Sequence record: OP856590.1
DNA length: 64,000 bases
DNA from: Escherichia phage Ec_MI-02
Strand: one strand, 5' to 3'
Below, piece by piece: positions 1 to 10,067 of this stretch (positions within the stretch are counted from its first letter, which is position 1; every line of letters starts with the position of its first letter). Position numbers and translations under genes: made by a program. The notes beneath the pieces are model-generated. The model had not been told where the DNA came from, searched no databases, and saw only the letters and a list, made by a program, of their open reading frames with translations.

Positions 1-63
1 CGGAAGCCGATACAAGTGCCGATGACGCCTATATGGCTCTCGCAGAGGCCATGAAAAAAGCGT

Positions 64-71
64 TATAAATA
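64..71 (+). promoter_or_regulatory. T4-type late promoter motif (TATAAATA) upstream of gene 22
   Basis: exact TATAAATA 28 nt upstream of the ATG at 99. Confidence 0.55.
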
Positions 72-98
72 TTATTATCTAAACAACAGGACTACAAA

Positions 99-908
99 AT
101 GCTTAAAGAACAACTGATTGCTGAAGCGCAAAAAATTGATGCTTCCGTTGCTCTTGATAGTATTTTCGAATCAGTTAATATTTCTCCGGAAGCAAAAGAA
201 ACTTTCGGCACTGTATTCGAAGCTACCGTCAAGCAGCACGCCGTTAAATTAGCTGAATCTCATATCGCTAAAATTGCTGAAAAAGCAGAAGAAGAAGTAG
301 AAAAAAATAAAGAAGAAGCCGAAGAAAAAGCTGAGAAGAAAATTGCTGAGCAAGCTTCTAAATTCATCGACCATCTTGCAAAAGAATGGCTCGCTGAAAA
401 TAAATTAGCAGTTGATAAAGGCATCAAAGCCGAACTGTTTGAATCCATGCTAGGTGGATTAAAAGAGCTCTTTGTTGAACACAACGTTGTTGTTCCAGAA
501 GAATCAGTTGATGTTGTAGCTGAAATGGAAGAAGAGCTGCAAGAACATAAAGAAGAATCAGCTCGTCTGTTCGAAGAACTCAATATGCGCGACGCATATA
601 TCAATTATGTGCAGCGTGAAGTGGCATTGAGCGAAAGTACTAAAGATCTGACTGAGTCTCAAAAAGAAAAAGTCTCTGCTCTGGTCGAAGGTATGGATTA
701 TTCAGATGCATTCTCAAGTAAATTGAGTGCCATCGTAGAAATGGTGAAGAAGTCTAATAAAGATGAAAGCACTATTACTGAGGGTATAAATACTCCTGAT
801 ACTGAAGCAGCCGGACTGAATTTCGTCACTGAAGCTGTAGAAGATAAAGCTGCACCTGGTGCAGAAGATATTGTAAGTGTATATGCGAAAGTCGCATCTC
901 GTTTCTAA
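99..908 (+). CDS. 22: prohead core scaffold protein gp22
   Basis: 269-aa acidic, Glu/Lys-rich ORF directly upstream of the major capsid gene; matches T-even gp22 by recall. Confidence 0.9.
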   Translation: MLKEQLIAEAQKIDASVALDSIFESVNISPEAKETFGTVFEATVKQHAVKLAESHIAKIAEKAEEEVEKNKEEAEEKAEKKIAEQASKFIDHLAKEWLAENKLAVDKGIKAELFESMLGGLKELFVEHNVVVPEESVDVVAEMEEELQEHKEESARLFEELNMRDAYINYVQREVALSESTKDLTESQKEKVSALVEGMDYSDAFSSKLSAIVEMVKKSNKDESTITEGINTPDTEAAGLNFVTEAVEDKAAPGAEDIVSVYAKVASRF

Positions 909-926
909 TTTTAAAGGTTAACACAA

Positions 927-2492
927 ATGACTATCAAAACTAAAGCTGAACTTTTGAACAAATGGAAGCCATTACTGGAAGGTGAAGGTTTACCGGAAAT
1001 TGCTAATAGCAAACAAGCGATTATCGCTAAAATCTTTGAAAACCAGGAAAAAGATTTCCAGACAGCTCCAGAATATAAAGACGAAAAAATCGCTCAGGCG
1101 TTCGGTTCTTTCTTAACAGAAGCTGAAATCGGTGGTGACCACGGTTACAACGCTACTAACATCGCTGCAGGTCAGACTTCTGGCGCAGTAACTCAGATTG
1201 GCCCAGCTGTTATGGGTATGGTACGTCGTGCTATTCCTAACCTGATTGCTTTCGATATTTGCGGTGTTCAGCCGATGAACAGCCCGACTGGTCAGGTATT
1301 CGCACTGCGCGCAGTATATGGTAAAGACCCAATCGCTGCCGGCGCTAAAGAAGCATTCCACCCAATGTATGGTCCAGATGCAATGTTCTCTGGTCAGGGT
1401 GCTGCTAAGAAATTCACAGCTCTGGCTGCTAGCACACAAACCACAGTAGGTGATATCTATACTCACTTCTTCCAGGACACTGGTACTGTGTATCTGCAAG
1501 CTTCTGCTCAAGTAACAATTAGTGCAAGCGCAACTGACGCTGCTAAATTAGATGCTGAAATTAAGAAACAAATGGAAGCTGGTGTACTGGTAGAAATCGC
1601 TGAAGGTATGGCTACTTCTATCGCTGAACTTCAGGAAGGTTTCAACGGTTCTACCGATAACCCATGGAATGAAATGGGCTTCCGTATCGATAAACAAGTT
1701 ATCGAAGCTAAATCTCGTCAGCTGAAAGCTGCTTACTCTATCGAATTAGCACAAGACCTCCGCGCTGTTCACGGTATGGATGCTGATGCTGAACTGTCTG
1801 GTATTCTGGCTACCGAAATCATGCTGGAAATCAACCGCGAAGTTGTTGATTGGATTAACTACTCAGCTCAGGTTGGTAAATCTGGTATGACCCTGACTCC
1901 GGGTTCTAAAGCTGGTGTATTTGACTTCCAGGATCCGATTGATATTCGTGGTGCTCGCTGGGCGGGTGAATCCTTTAAAGCTCTGTTGTTCCAGATTGAC
2001 AAAGAAGCAGTTGAAATTGCTCGTCAGACCGGTCGTGGTGAAGGTAACTTCATTATCGCTTCCCGTAACGTAGTTAACGTTCTGGCTTCAGTTGATACTG
2101 GCATTTCTTATGCTGCACAGGGTCTGGCTACCGGCTTTAACACTGATACTACCAAGTCAGTATTTGCTGGTGTTCTGGGTGGTAAATACCGTGTATATAT
2201 CGACCAGTATGCTAAACAGGATTATTTCACTGTAGGTTATAAAGGTCCGAATGAAATGGATGCTGGTATTTACTACGCTCCATATGTAGCTCTGACTCCG
2301 CTGCGTGGTTCCGATCCGAAGAACTTCCAACCGGTAATGGGATTCAAAACTCGTTACGGTATCGGTATCAACCCATTTGCAGAATCCGCTGCTCAGGCTC
2401 CGGCTTCTCGCATCCAGAGCGGTATGCCTTCTATTCTGAATAGCCTTGGTAAAAACGCTTACTTCCGCCGTGTATATGTTAAAGGTATCTAA
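927..2492 (+). CDS. 23: major capsid protein gp23 (precursor)
   Basis: 521 aa; N-terminus MTIKTKAELLNKWKPLLEGEG recognised as T4 gp23. Confidence 0.97.
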   Translation: MTIKTKAELLNKWKPLLEGEGLPEIANSKQAIIAKIFENQEKDFQTAPEYKDEKIAQAFGSFLTEAEIGGDHGYNATNIAAGQTSGAVTQIGPAVMGMVRRAIPNLIAFDICGVQPMNSPTGQVFALRAVYGKDPIAAGAKEAFHPMYGPDAMFSGQGAAKKFTALAASTQTTVGDIYTHFFQDTGTVYLQASAQVTISASATDAAKLDAEIKKQMEAGVLVEIAEGMATSIAELQEGFNGSTDNPWNEMGFRIDKQVIEAKSRQLKAAYSIELAQDLRAVHGMDADAELSGILATEIMLEINREVVDWINYSAQVGKSGMTLTPGSKAGVFDFQDPIDIRGARWAGESFKALLFQIDKEAVEIARQTGRGEGNFIIASRNVVNVLASVDTGISYAAQGLATGFNTDTTKSVFAGVLGGKYRVYIDQYAKQDYFTVGYKGPNEMDAGIYYAPYVALTPLRGSDPKNFQPVMGFKTRYGIGINPFAESAAQAPASRIQSGMPSILNSLGKNAYFRRVYVKGI

Positions 2493-2505
2493 TCTTTGAC
2501 GATTT

Positions 2506-2526
2506 AAGGGACCTTCGGGTCCCTTT
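2506..2526 (+). terminator. stem-loop GGGACC-TTCG-GGTCCC followed by T-run, after gene 23
   Basis: perfect 6-bp stem with UUCG tetraloop 14 nt after the gene 23 stop. Confidence 0.7.
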
Positions 2527-2540
2527 AGTTGTTTTTATGG

Positions 2541-2548
2541 TATAAATA
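2541..2548 (+). promoter_or_regulatory. late promoter motif TATAAATA upstream of gene 24
   Basis: exact TATAAATA 28 nt upstream of ATG 2576. Confidence 0.6.
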
Positions 2549-2575
2549 AATCATATAAACCAAAAGGAAAGCGCA

Positions 2576-3859
2576 ATGGCTAAAATCAACGAACTTCTGC
2601 GCGAATCAACCACAACGAATAGCAACTCAATCGGTCGCCCAAATCTCGTTGCTTTGACTCGCGCTACCACTAAATTAATATATTCTGACATTGTAGCAAC
2701 GCAAAGAACTAATCAACCTGTTGCTGCTTTTTATGGTATCAAATACCTTAACCCAGATAACGAATTTACATTTAAAACTGGTGCTACTTACGCCGGCGAA
2801 GCTGGGTATGTAGACCGAGAACAAATCACAGAATTAACAGAAGAGTCTAAATTAACTCTCAATAAAGGCGATTTATTCAAATATAATAATATCGTTTATA
2901 AAGTATTAGAAGATACACCATTTGCTGATATTGAAGAAAGCGATTTAGAATTAGCTCTTCAGATTGCAATCGTTCTTTTAAAGGTTCGTCTATTTTCTGA
3001 TGCTGCAGTAACAAGCAAATTTGAAAGCTCTGATAGTGAAATTGCGGATGCTAGATTCCAGATTAATAAATGGCAAACCGCAGTTAAATCTCGTAAACTT
3101 AAAACTGGCATCACAGTTGAATTAGCACAAGATTTAGAAGCAAATGGATTCGATGCTCCTAATTTCTTGGAAGATTTGCTTGCAACCGAAATGGCGGATG
3201 AAATCAATAAAGATATTCTGCAGTCTTTGATTACAGTATCAAAACGCTATAAAGTTACAGGAATTACTGATACTGGATTCATTGATTTGAGTTATGCATC
3301 TGCACCTGAAGCTGGTCGTTCATTATACCGAATGGTGTGTGAAATGGTTTCACATATCCAGAAAGAATCAACTTATACAGCAACGTTCTGCGTTGCTTCA
3401 GCTCGCGCCGCTGCGATTCTTGCTGCATCAGGTTGGTTAAAACATAAACCAGAAGATGACAAATATCTTTCACAAAATGCCTACGGGTTCTTAGCTAATG
3501 GTTTACCGCTTTATTGCGATACCAACAGCCCATTGGATTATGTAATCGTGGGTGTAGTAGAAAATATTGGTGAAAAAGAAATTGTTGGATCAATTTTCTA
3601 TGCTCCGTATACAGAAGGCCTTGACTTAGATGACCCTGAACATGTAGGTGCATTTAAAGTTGTAGTTGATCCAGAAAGTTTGCAGCCATCTATCGGTTTA
3701 TTAGTTAGATATGCTTTATCTGCAAATCCTTACACTGTAGCAAAAGATGAAAAAGAAGCAAGAGTAATTGACGGTGGAGACATGGATAAAATGGCGGGTC
3801 GTTCAGATTTGTCTGTTTTATTAGGTGTTAAGCTACCAAAAATTATCATTGATGAATAA
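2576..3859 (+). CDS. 24: capsid vertex protein gp24
   Basis: 427 aa, gp23-paralog-like, in the position after gene 23. Confidence 0.9.
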   Translation: MAKINELLRESTTTNSNSIGRPNLVALTRATTKLIYSDIVATQRTNQPVAAFYGIKYLNPDNEFTFKTGATYAGEAGYVDREQITELTEESKLTLNKGDLFKYNNIVYKVLEDTPFADIEESDLELALQIAIVLLKVRLFSDAAVTSKFESSDSEIADARFQINKWQTAVKSRKLKTGITVELAQDLEANGFDAPNFLEDLLATEMADEINKDILQSLITVSKRYKVTGITDTGFIDLSYASAPEAGRSLYRMVCEMVSHIQKESTYTATFCVASARAAAILAASGWLKHKPEDDKYLSQNAYGFLANGLPLYCDTNSPLDYVIVGVVENIGEKEIVGSIFYAPYTEGLDLDDPEHVGAFKVVVDPESLQPSIGLLVRYALSANPYTVAKDEKEARVIDGGDMDKMAGRSDLSVLLGVKLPKIIIDE

Positions 3860-3863
3860 AACA

Positions 3864-3886
3864 AAGGGACCTTTCGGTCCCTTTTT
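3864..3886. terminator. bidirectional stem-loop between gene 24 (+) and rnlB (-)
   Basis: GGGACC-TTTC-GGTCCC flanked by A-run and T-run between convergent genes. Confidence 0.7.
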
Positions 3887-3888
3887 AT

Positions 3889-4893
3889 TTAACTTACCAA
3901 TTCAATCCAAGCCGGACGAAGTACATCTTGTACCATTTTAACTAATTCCTTCTTAATCAAAGAAGGATTATCCGCTTGAGTTAGAGTAATACCTTCACGA
4001 GAAGTTTCTTCCAAAATATCTTGAACAGTTAGTCCCATCACCTTTCCAAAATCTTTTGGACCAATTTCGCCAATTTTAGAAATAACGTTATTTACTCGGT
4101 TCAGTGTAACGTAACAAGCTAAAATTCCCACCAATTTGTTATCAGCTTCTGACAGTTCAACTTTAGCTTTAATAGGCTTATCAGACTTTTTCTTTTCGCT
4201 AAATTTAGAGTTCTTGCATTTGATGGCTACACGATTGCGATTAGGCAGCCAAGAAGGATAACAAGGTTTCAATACATATCCTTCAGCGGTAAATACTTCG
4301 CCTTTTGCTTCGGCATTCCAAACGCATTTATTTGCATCAACTAATCCAGCGTGGTCTGCTGCAAAATTATAATCTTGGACGACAGAATCTAAATCATTTG
4401 GCAATTTAATAAGTTCTTCAAATTTACCGCGACCTAAAAGTGGAGCCATTTTAAATTTAAATGTATTACAGAATGATTCCATCATATAATCATCGACATA
4501 AGTCACATCACCACTTTCTGTAGTAACAATAATGTCAAACACATAAAAATCTTTATCGCCATAATCGACATTCTTCTGAATGCCAGGTCCGGCGAATTCA
4601 CCGAAGACTTGATAAGATACAACCGCTGAAGTTTCCATAATATCTTGTACTGCTTTAATGGAATCAGCGTAATTCTTCAAAATAATTTCATACCCAAAGA
4701 AATCTTCAGCAGGAAGAATAGGACCAGTTCGTTTAGCACAAGTTACTTTATCACGCTCAATAATCAATGAGAAATTTGTGCCATGAATCTTTTCACGAGC
4801 TACCCATTCGCCGCCAGTCAATCCTAAACTGTAAAGTTTTTCAATAAATTTAGAATTGTAATGATTTTCAAGACTGCTATACTTTTTAAACAT
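3889..4893 (-). CDS. rnlB: RNA ligase 2
   Basis: 334 aa; N-terminus [16 protein letters not shown] and nucleotidyltransferase lysine motif EKIHGTN. Confidence 0.9.
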   Translation of the reverse strand: MFKKYSSLENHYNSKFIEKLYSLGLTGGEWVAREKIHGTNFSLIIERDKVTCAKRTGPILPAEDFFGYEIILKNYADSIKAVQDIMETSAVVSYQVFGEFAGPGIQKNVDYGDKDFYVFDIIVTTESGDVTYVDDYMMESFCNTFKFKMAPLLGRGKFEELIKLPNDLDSVVQDYNFAADHAGLVDANKCVWNAEAKGEVFTAEGYVLKPCYPSWLPNRNRVAIKCKNSKFSEKKKSDKPIKAKVELSEADNKLVGILACYVTLNRVNNVISKIGEIGPKDFGKVMGLTVQDILEETSREGITLTQADNPSLIKKELVKMVQDVLRPAWIELVS

Positions 4894-4902
4894 AATTAAT
4901 CC

Positions 4903-5181
4903 TCAAAATGTAATTTCTAACCAATCACCATCACGCTGATCACTATTGGCTTTAAAGCTAAATCCTTCTTTTCTCAGCCAATCACCAATTTCTTCAGTAA
5001 TCAATTTATCGCGAGCAGTACAATAATAACTAAAATATGTTTTACCTTGTTCAGCTGCTTTATTAGCAAGTTCCGAAAAATCTTTAATAAAACACTCTAG
5101 CTTAAACTGTTTACTTTTAAGTGCTTTTTCACGTAATTGATTAGCAAAAGATTCATTTTCATAAAGATCATACTGTTCCAT
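4903..5181 (-). CDS. hypothetical protein (24.2 position)
   Basis: 92-aa ORF in the operon downstream of hoc. Confidence 0.6.
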   Translation of the reverse strand: MEQYDLYENESFANQLREKALKSKQFKLECFIKDFSELANKAAEQGKTYFSYYCTARDKLITEEIGDWLRKEGFSFKANSDQRDGDWLEITF

Positions 5182-5383
5182 TTTTCACCTTTTTATTAAT
5201 ATGCCTTTTTCTATAGACAACTTTTTCTCGAGTTTCAAATTTATTCTTAGCAGTCATAGCTCGAGCCCATAATACAGCCACTTCCTTTGCCTGTAAGTTC
5301 AATTCACGAGCAATTTCAATGAATGACTTTCCAGACTCATGAAGAGTAAACACCACAACCTCAGTTCTCATAATCAATCTCAT
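5168..5383 (-). CDS. hypothetical protein (24.3 position)
   Basis: 71-aa ORF overlapping the next gene; true start uncertain. Confidence 0.5.
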   Translation of the reverse strand: MRLIMRTEVVVFTLHESGKSFIEIARELNLQAKEVAVLWARAMTAKNKFETREKVVYRKRHINKKVKNGTV

Positions 5384-5452
5384 GTTATCGAGTTGGTGCC
5401 ATTATATACATCATTTTCTGAGTGTGTTTTGTGTGCTTTCAAAATGAAGAAA

Positions 5453-5466
5453 GGGGCCGAAGCCCC
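5453..5466 (-). terminator. stem-loop downstream of hoc
   Basis: GGGGC-TTCG-GCCCC on the minus strand just after the hoc stop. Confidence 0.6.
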
Positions 5467-5471
5467 TAAGA

Positions 5472-6602
5472 TTATGGATAGGTATAGATGATACCAGTTT
5501 CTAAAGCAGTTTTATGAATGATGTATCCATTACGTGATTCTTGAACATCAACTTCTGGATAGTCTTTCATCATCTTCTGAAGGGTGTAACGATGCAGGTA
5601 GTATTTACTATCTGGATCTTCAGTTTTCCAATCTTTACCTTCTTCGGTCATTTTTTGGATTTCATCCATAACCCACCAACCGCACCAGATATAAGCCGAA
5701 GTACGATGTGGAAGAGGATGAACATAAGGCAATTCACCTTCTGGTTCTGGAGCAACTTTATCAGTTACCTGAACTTGACCTTCTGCTGTGATAGTTTTGC
5801 TATCATAATCAGTAGCGGTAACAGTTGCAGTAACTTCAATAGTTTGACTTCCAATAGATGATGTATCAACCGTGTATACATTAGTTGACCCTTCTACTGG
5901 AGAAGAATCTTTCTTCCATGAATATTCGATTTGTGCTTCTTCTGGAGCATCCGTAACATTAGCAGTAAATGTAGCCGAAGCATCTTGCTGAACGTTAATA
6001 GAAGGAGGAGTCAATGTAACCTGTGGATTCATTGTTTTCTTATTAACTGTTAATGATACTTCATTAGAAGTAACTTCCTTTTCATTGTAATTTTCTGCAG
6101 TTACTTGCGCTACACACTTAACTGTTTTAGCTCCAACTGTGGTAGGAGTATAGTTAAATGTAGTAGTAGTTTCTCCATCGACCAGAGAACCGTCAACATA
6201 CCACTGATACGTAGCAGACGCTCCTGGTGGCTGTGAAGCCAAGGCAGCAGTAAATTGAACTGGGGTTCCAATTACTCCGGCAGCAGGATTAGCAGGAGTT
6301 ACGGCTAACGTAGTTGTCTGTGTCTTATTTTGAACTGTGATAGTTGTAGTAGTTTCTGCTGTTTCAGGTTCAGATTCTGCAACTTGATTGGTTGCAACCA
6401 CCTTAATAGTCTTTTGACCGGCAGGTCCTTTTAGTACATAACTAAAAGTTGCTTCAGATCCATCTTGTGGAACATCGTCTACAGTCCAAGCATATGTAAT
6501 AGGTCCATCTCCAGTTTGACCACTGGGTGTAGCAGTAAACTGCTGAGTCTGATCTATAACTCCAGTAGGTGTTTTAGGAGTTATATCAACTGTAAAAGCC
6601 AT
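5472..6602 (-). CDS. hoc: highly immunogenic outer capsid protein Hoc
   Basis: 376 aa; MAFTVDITPKTPTGVIDQ N-terminus and repeated Ig-like segments recognised as T4 Hoc. Confidence 0.95.
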   Translation of the reverse strand: MAFTVDITPKTPTGVIDQTQQFTATPSGQTGDGPITYAWTVDDVPQDGSEATFSYVLKGPAGQKTIKVVATNQVAESEPETAETTTTITVQNKTQTTTLAVTPANPAAGVIGTPVQFTAALASQPPGASATYQWYVDGSLVDGETTTTFNYTPTTVGAKTVKCVAQVTAENYNEKEVTSNEVSLTVNKKTMNPQVTLTPPSINVQQDASATFTANVTDAPEEAQIEYSWKKDSSPVEGSTNVYTVDTSSIGSQTIEVTATVTATDYDSKTITAEGQVQVTDKVAPEPEGELPYVHPLPHRTSAYIWCGWWVMDEIQKMTEEGKDWKTEDPDSKYYLHRYTLQKMMKDYPEVDVQESRNGYIIHKTALETGIIYTYP

Positions 6603-6611
6603 AAGTTATCC

Positions 6612-7292
6612 TTATTTTAATGTTACGAAAGAAGAATTACGTGTTTCACGAATTAGAACTGATCCGTCACGATTAATGTAGTAAATTAAGCTAAATAAAG
6701 TTTGGTGCGCCGACGCGTGTTCAAAACTAGTTGGGTGAGATTTCCAATCCGGAGTTTCAGCAATCCACTGGTAAATCCACCAAGGAACAGTGCAGAATCC
6801 TGGATTTTTTCCAATCAGCTGAAGATTCGGACTAAAGTTTTCCGGAAGAGTAAATACAGACGGCTTTTCAGATTCAATAATCTCAGCTACAGCCTGCTCG
6901 AATTTTTCTTCAACAAAAGGAGTATCTTCAATCAAAACATCGGTATTTTCAGGAATTTTATCCGTTTCTACTACTTCAATTTTAATGTCAGATTTAACTG
7001 GAGAATCAATCAGAAGTGCTGCTTCTGGATTGACTTCTTCATCGTCATATTTTAATCCATCTGCAGCATCAGCAGCATCTATTAAGTCTTTAATAGATAA
7101 CCCATCAGTCTCTGGCATAGGTTCACTAGCGAGCTTCTGGAGAGCTTCTTCAATATCATTAACGATATTATCAAAAGATTTATTCTTTTTGACCTTTATA
7201 CCAAACTGTTCAGCATATTCAGCTAATTTAGCTTTAGCTTCTTTATTATCATCAAGAGCCTTCAGCTCTGCAATATAATCTTTATCTATCAT
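6612..7292 (-). CDS. inh: Inh-like protein (inhibitor of prohead protease), by position and size
   Basis: 226-aa acidic ORF between hoc and uvsW. Confidence 0.7.
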   Translation of the reverse strand: MIDKDYIAELKALDDNKEAKAKLAEYAEQFGIKVKKNKSFDNIVNDIEEALQKLASEPMPETDGLSIKDLIDAADAADGLKYDDEEVNPEAALLIDSPVKSDIKIEVVETDKIPENTDVLIEDTPFVEEKFEQAVAEIIESEKPSVFTLPENFSPNLQLIGKNPGFCTVPWWIYQWIAETPDWKSHPTSFEHASAHQTLFSLIYYINRDGSVLIRETRNSSFVTLK

Positions 7293-7305
7293 AATATTTC
7301 CTCAG

Positions 7306-7313
7306 TATAAATA
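7306..7313 (+). promoter_or_regulatory. late promoter motif TATAAATA upstream of uvsW
   Basis: exact TATAAATA 30 nt upstream of ATG 7343. Confidence 0.6.
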
Positions 7314-7342
7314 TAGATATATTTATTACATGGTATTTAGAC

Positions 7343-8854
7343 ATGACTGACATTAAAGTACATTTTTATGATTTTAGTCACGTGAGAATTGATTGTGAAG
7401 AAAGCACATTTCATGAACTCCGTGATTTCTTTAGCTTTGAAGCTGATGGGTATCGTTTTAATCCAAAGTACAAATATGGTCACTGGGATGGACGAATCCG
7501 TCTTTTAGATTATAATCGTCTTCTTCCATTCGGCTTAGTCGGGCAAATTAAAAAGTTCTGTGATAACTTTGGCTATAAAGCCTGGATTGACCCACAGATT
7601 AACGAAAAAGAAGAATTATCAAGAAAAGATTTTGATGAATGGCTTTCTAAATTAGAAATCTATTCAGGAAATAAAAGAATTGAACCGCATTGGTATCAAA
7701 AAGATGCAGTGTTTGAAGGATTAGTTAATCGTCGTAGAATTCTTAATCTTCCAACATCCGCAGGTAAATCTTTAATTCAAGCTTTGCTCGCTCGATATTA
7801 TTTGGAAAATTATGAAGGTAAAATTCTTATCATTGTTCCAACAACTGCTCTGACAACTCAGATGGCTGATGACTTTGTTGACTATCGTTTATTCAGTCAT
7901 GCAATGATAAAGAAAATCGGCGGTGGAGCATCAAAAGATGATAAATATAAAAATGATGCACCAGTCGTTGTTGGTACATGGCAAACTGTAGTAAAACAAC
8001 CGAAAGAATGGTTCTCACAGTTTGGAATGATGATGAATGATGAATGTCATCTTGCTACAGGAAAAAGTATTTCATCTATCATATCAGGTTTAAATAACTG
8101 CATGTTCAAATTCGGTTTGTCTGGTTCATTACGTGATGGCAAAGCCAATATCATGCAGTATGTTGGAATGTTTGGTGAAATATTTAAGCCAGTAACGACT
8201 TCTAAATTAATGGAAGATGGACAAGTAACTGAGTTAAAAATTAATAGCATTTTTCTTCGCTATCCCGATGAGTTCACTACTAAATTAAAGGGAAAAACTT
8301 ACCAAGAAGAAATAAAAATTATTACTGGACTCAGTAAAAGAAATAAATGGATCGCTAAATTAGCTATTAAGCTTGCACAAAAAGATGAAAACGCTTTTGT
8401 CATGTTTAAACACGTATCGCATGGTAAAGCTATTTTCGATTTAATTAAAAATGAATACGATAAAGTTTATTACGTATCAGGGGAAGTTGATACCGAAACT
8501 CGCAATATAATGAAAACCTTAGCTGAAAACGGTAAAGGAATAATTATAGTAGCTAGTTATGGTGTATTTTCTACTGGTATTTCAGTTAAAAATCTGCATC
8601 ACGTCGTTTTAGCACACGGTGTTAAATCTAAAATTATTGTATTGCAAACAATAGGTCGCGTATTACGTAAGCATGGTTCTAAAACAATCGCAACAGTCTG
8701 GGACCTCATCGATGATTGTGGTGTTAAGCCAAAATCTGCTAATACGAAAAAGAAATACGTTCATTTGAATTATCTTTTAAAACACGGCATTGATCGTATT
8801 CAGCGCTACGCAGATGAAAAATTTAATTACGTAATGAAAACAGTTAATTTATAA
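7343..8854 (+). CDS. uvsW: UvsW DNA/RNA helicase
   Basis: 503 aa; Walker A-like LPTSAGKS and DECH box (MMNDECHLATG). Confidence 0.92.
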   Translation: MTDIKVHFYDFSHVRIDCEESTFHELRDFFSFEADGYRFNPKYKYGHWDGRIRLLDYNRLLPFGLVGQIKKFCDNFGYKAWIDPQINEKEELSRKDFDEWLSKLEIYSGNKRIEPHWYQKDAVFEGLVNRRRILNLPTSAGKSLIQALLARYYLENYEGKILIIVPTTALTTQMADDFVDYRLFSHAMIKKIGGGASKDDKYKNDAPVVVGTWQTVVKQPKEWFSQFGMMMNDECHLATGKSISSIISGLNNCMFKFGLSGSLRDGKANIMQYVGMFGEIFKPVTTSKLMEDGQVTELKINSIFLRYPDEFTTKLKGKTYQEEIKIITGLSKRNKWIAKLAIKLAQKDENAFVMFKHVSHGKAIFDLIKNEYDKVYYVSGEVDTETRNIMKTLAENGKGIIIVASYGVFSTGISVKNLHHVVLAHGVKSKIIVLQTIGRVLRKHGSKTIATVWDLIDDCGVKPKSANTKKKYVHLNYLLKHGIDRIQRYADEKFNYVMKTVNL

Positions 8855-8866
8855 GGGCTTCGGCCC
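8855..8866 (+). terminator. short stem-loop after uvsW
   Basis: GGGC-TTCG-GCCC right after the uvsW stop; overlaps the RBS region of the next gene, so may be attenuating rather than terminating. Confidence 0.4.
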
Positions 8867-8879
8867 TTTGGAGAAAAAG

Positions 8880-9110
8880 ATGTTACTAGAATTTAAACAA
8901 TTTCTTTATGAAGCTTCTATTGATGAATTTATGGGTAAAATTGCCTCTTGTCAAACGATAGAAGGTCTAGAAGAACTTGAAGCTTATTACAAGAAAAGAG
9001 TTAAAGAAACTGAATTAAAAGATACTGATGACATCTCTGTGAGAGATGCTTTGGCAGGAAAAAGAGCTGAATTAGAAGATTCAGACGATGAAGTAGAAGA
9101 AAGCTTTTAA
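8880..9110 (+). CDS. uvsW.1: UvsW.1 small acidic protein
   Basis: 76 aa from the ATG at 8880 (ORF-track start 8868 is TTG); RBS GGAGAAAAAG. Confidence 0.8.
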   Translation: MLLEFKQFLYEASIDEFMGKIASCQTIEGLEELEAYYKKRVKETELKDTDDISVRDALAGKRAELEDSDDEVEESF

Positions 9111-9165
9111 ATTAAAAAAGGCCCAACCAAAAAGGAAGGGCCAAAACTATAGACTAAAGGTCACA

Positions 9166-9333
9166 CTATAGCAAAAGTTGTGTTTCATTTAATTGTTCTT
9201 CCGAACTTTCTGAAACTGGTAGTTCTTTAATGTAATTATAACAAGGCCCAGGATGTACAGGACCTTTGTCTGTTTCAACAACCAATGCAGAATCGATTGG
9301 AGTTTTACAGACAACGCAAATCTTATCTGACAT
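9166..9333 (-). CDS. small Cys-containing protein (55 aa), not in ORF track
   Basis: ATG 9333 preceded by AGGAGA RBS and a late-promoter motif; translation MSDKICVVCKTPIDSALVVETDKGPVHPGPCYNYIKELPVSESSEEQLNETQLLL. Confidence 0.5.
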   Translation of the reverse strand: MSDKICVVCKTPIDSALVVETDKGPVHPGPCYNYIKELPVSESSEEQLNETQLLL

Positions 9334-9358
9334 GATTGTCTCCTCTAAATTATATATC

Positions 9359-9366
9359 TATTTATA
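9359..9366 (-). promoter_or_regulatory. late promoter motif (TATAAATA on minus strand)
   Basis: exact motif about 25 nt upstream of the 55-aa ORF start, overlapping the uvsY.-2 stop. Confidence 0.5.
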
Positions 9367-9586
9367 TAACTCTCATATGCATATCAATGCCCATATCTTT
9401 AGAATAAAAATATTCATCAAGATATCCAGCAAATTTTCCTTTAACATAAAGTACATCTTCACCGCATGGGTGGTCGGCCAGGATACGAATATCCTGACGC
9501 TTGAGATTATACTTTTTCATTAAGAATTGAATTTCCGTTTCGAATTCTTCTTCATAATTAAAAGCATCATCAATGCTATATCTCAT
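9362..9586 (-). CDS. hypothetical protein (uvsY.-2 position)
   Basis: 74-aa ORF whose start overlaps the uvsY stop. Confidence 0.7.
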   Translation of the reverse strand: MRYSIDDAFNYEEEFETEIQFLMKKYNLKRQDIRILADHPCGEDVLYVKGKFAGYLDEYFYSKDMGIDMHMRVI

Positions 9587-9999
9587 TATTTTCCAGCCTC
9601 AAATGCTCGCATGTCTTGAATATGCTTAATAGCAAATCCGCGTGATTTAATAGCATCAAGAGCTCCGCTACAGAAATCCAATAAAATTCCCCAATATTGC
9701 AATGAAGTATCAACTTTTAAAACATCCTTATCAGCTGATAGAACTGTCTTCATTTCTGATTTCTCATAACGGTCCATACTAAATTCATCACCATCTCCTC
9801 GTCCCGAGTAGTAGTCTAATTTAGCTTTAAGAGCAACTTTTTTCTGTGCGTCAATTCTAAGCATTTCCTTTTTAATACTTGAATGCTTATTAAGCCATTT
9901 ACTATATAACATCACATTATTAGCTGCTTCATACTGTAATTTAGTCGAATCTATAAACACATCTTTCTTCAATTCTTCTTGAAGATCTTCTAATTTCAT
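9586..9999 (-). CDS. uvsY: UvsY recombination mediator
   Basis: 137 aa, MKLEDLQEELKKDVFIDSTKLQYEAANN recognised as T4 UvsY. Confidence 0.93.
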   Translation of the reverse strand: MKLEDLQEELKKDVFIDSTKLQYEAANNVMLYSKWLNKHSSIKKEMLRIDAQKKVALKAKLDYYSGRGDGDEFSMDRYEKSEMKTVLSADKDVLKVDTSLQYWGILLDFCSGALDAIKSRGFAIKHIQDMRAFEAGK

Positions 10000-10039
10000 A
10001 TTGTTCTCTATTCAATTGTTATTGGATGGACTTAGATTC

Positions 10040-10067
10040 ATTATACCACGTTTATACGTGAAGCATT
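10040..10067 (-). promoter_or_regulatory. MotA-dependent middle promoter upstream of uvsY
   Basis: minus-strand MotA box AATGCTTCA, 13-nt spacer, then perfect TATAAT; 40 nt upstream of the uvsY ATG. Confidence 0.65.

Noticed and set aside
260-604. 114-aa Ser-rich minus-strand ORF inside gene 22
   Set aside because: Antisense to a well-supported, highly expressed structural gene; low-complexity composition typical of the reverse frame of a Glu/Lys-rich gene; no RBS or promoter.
9266-9523. 85-aa plus-strand ORF
   Set aside because: Antisense to uvsY.-2 and to the promoter region of the 55-aa ORF; AT-rich low-complexity translation; no RBS.
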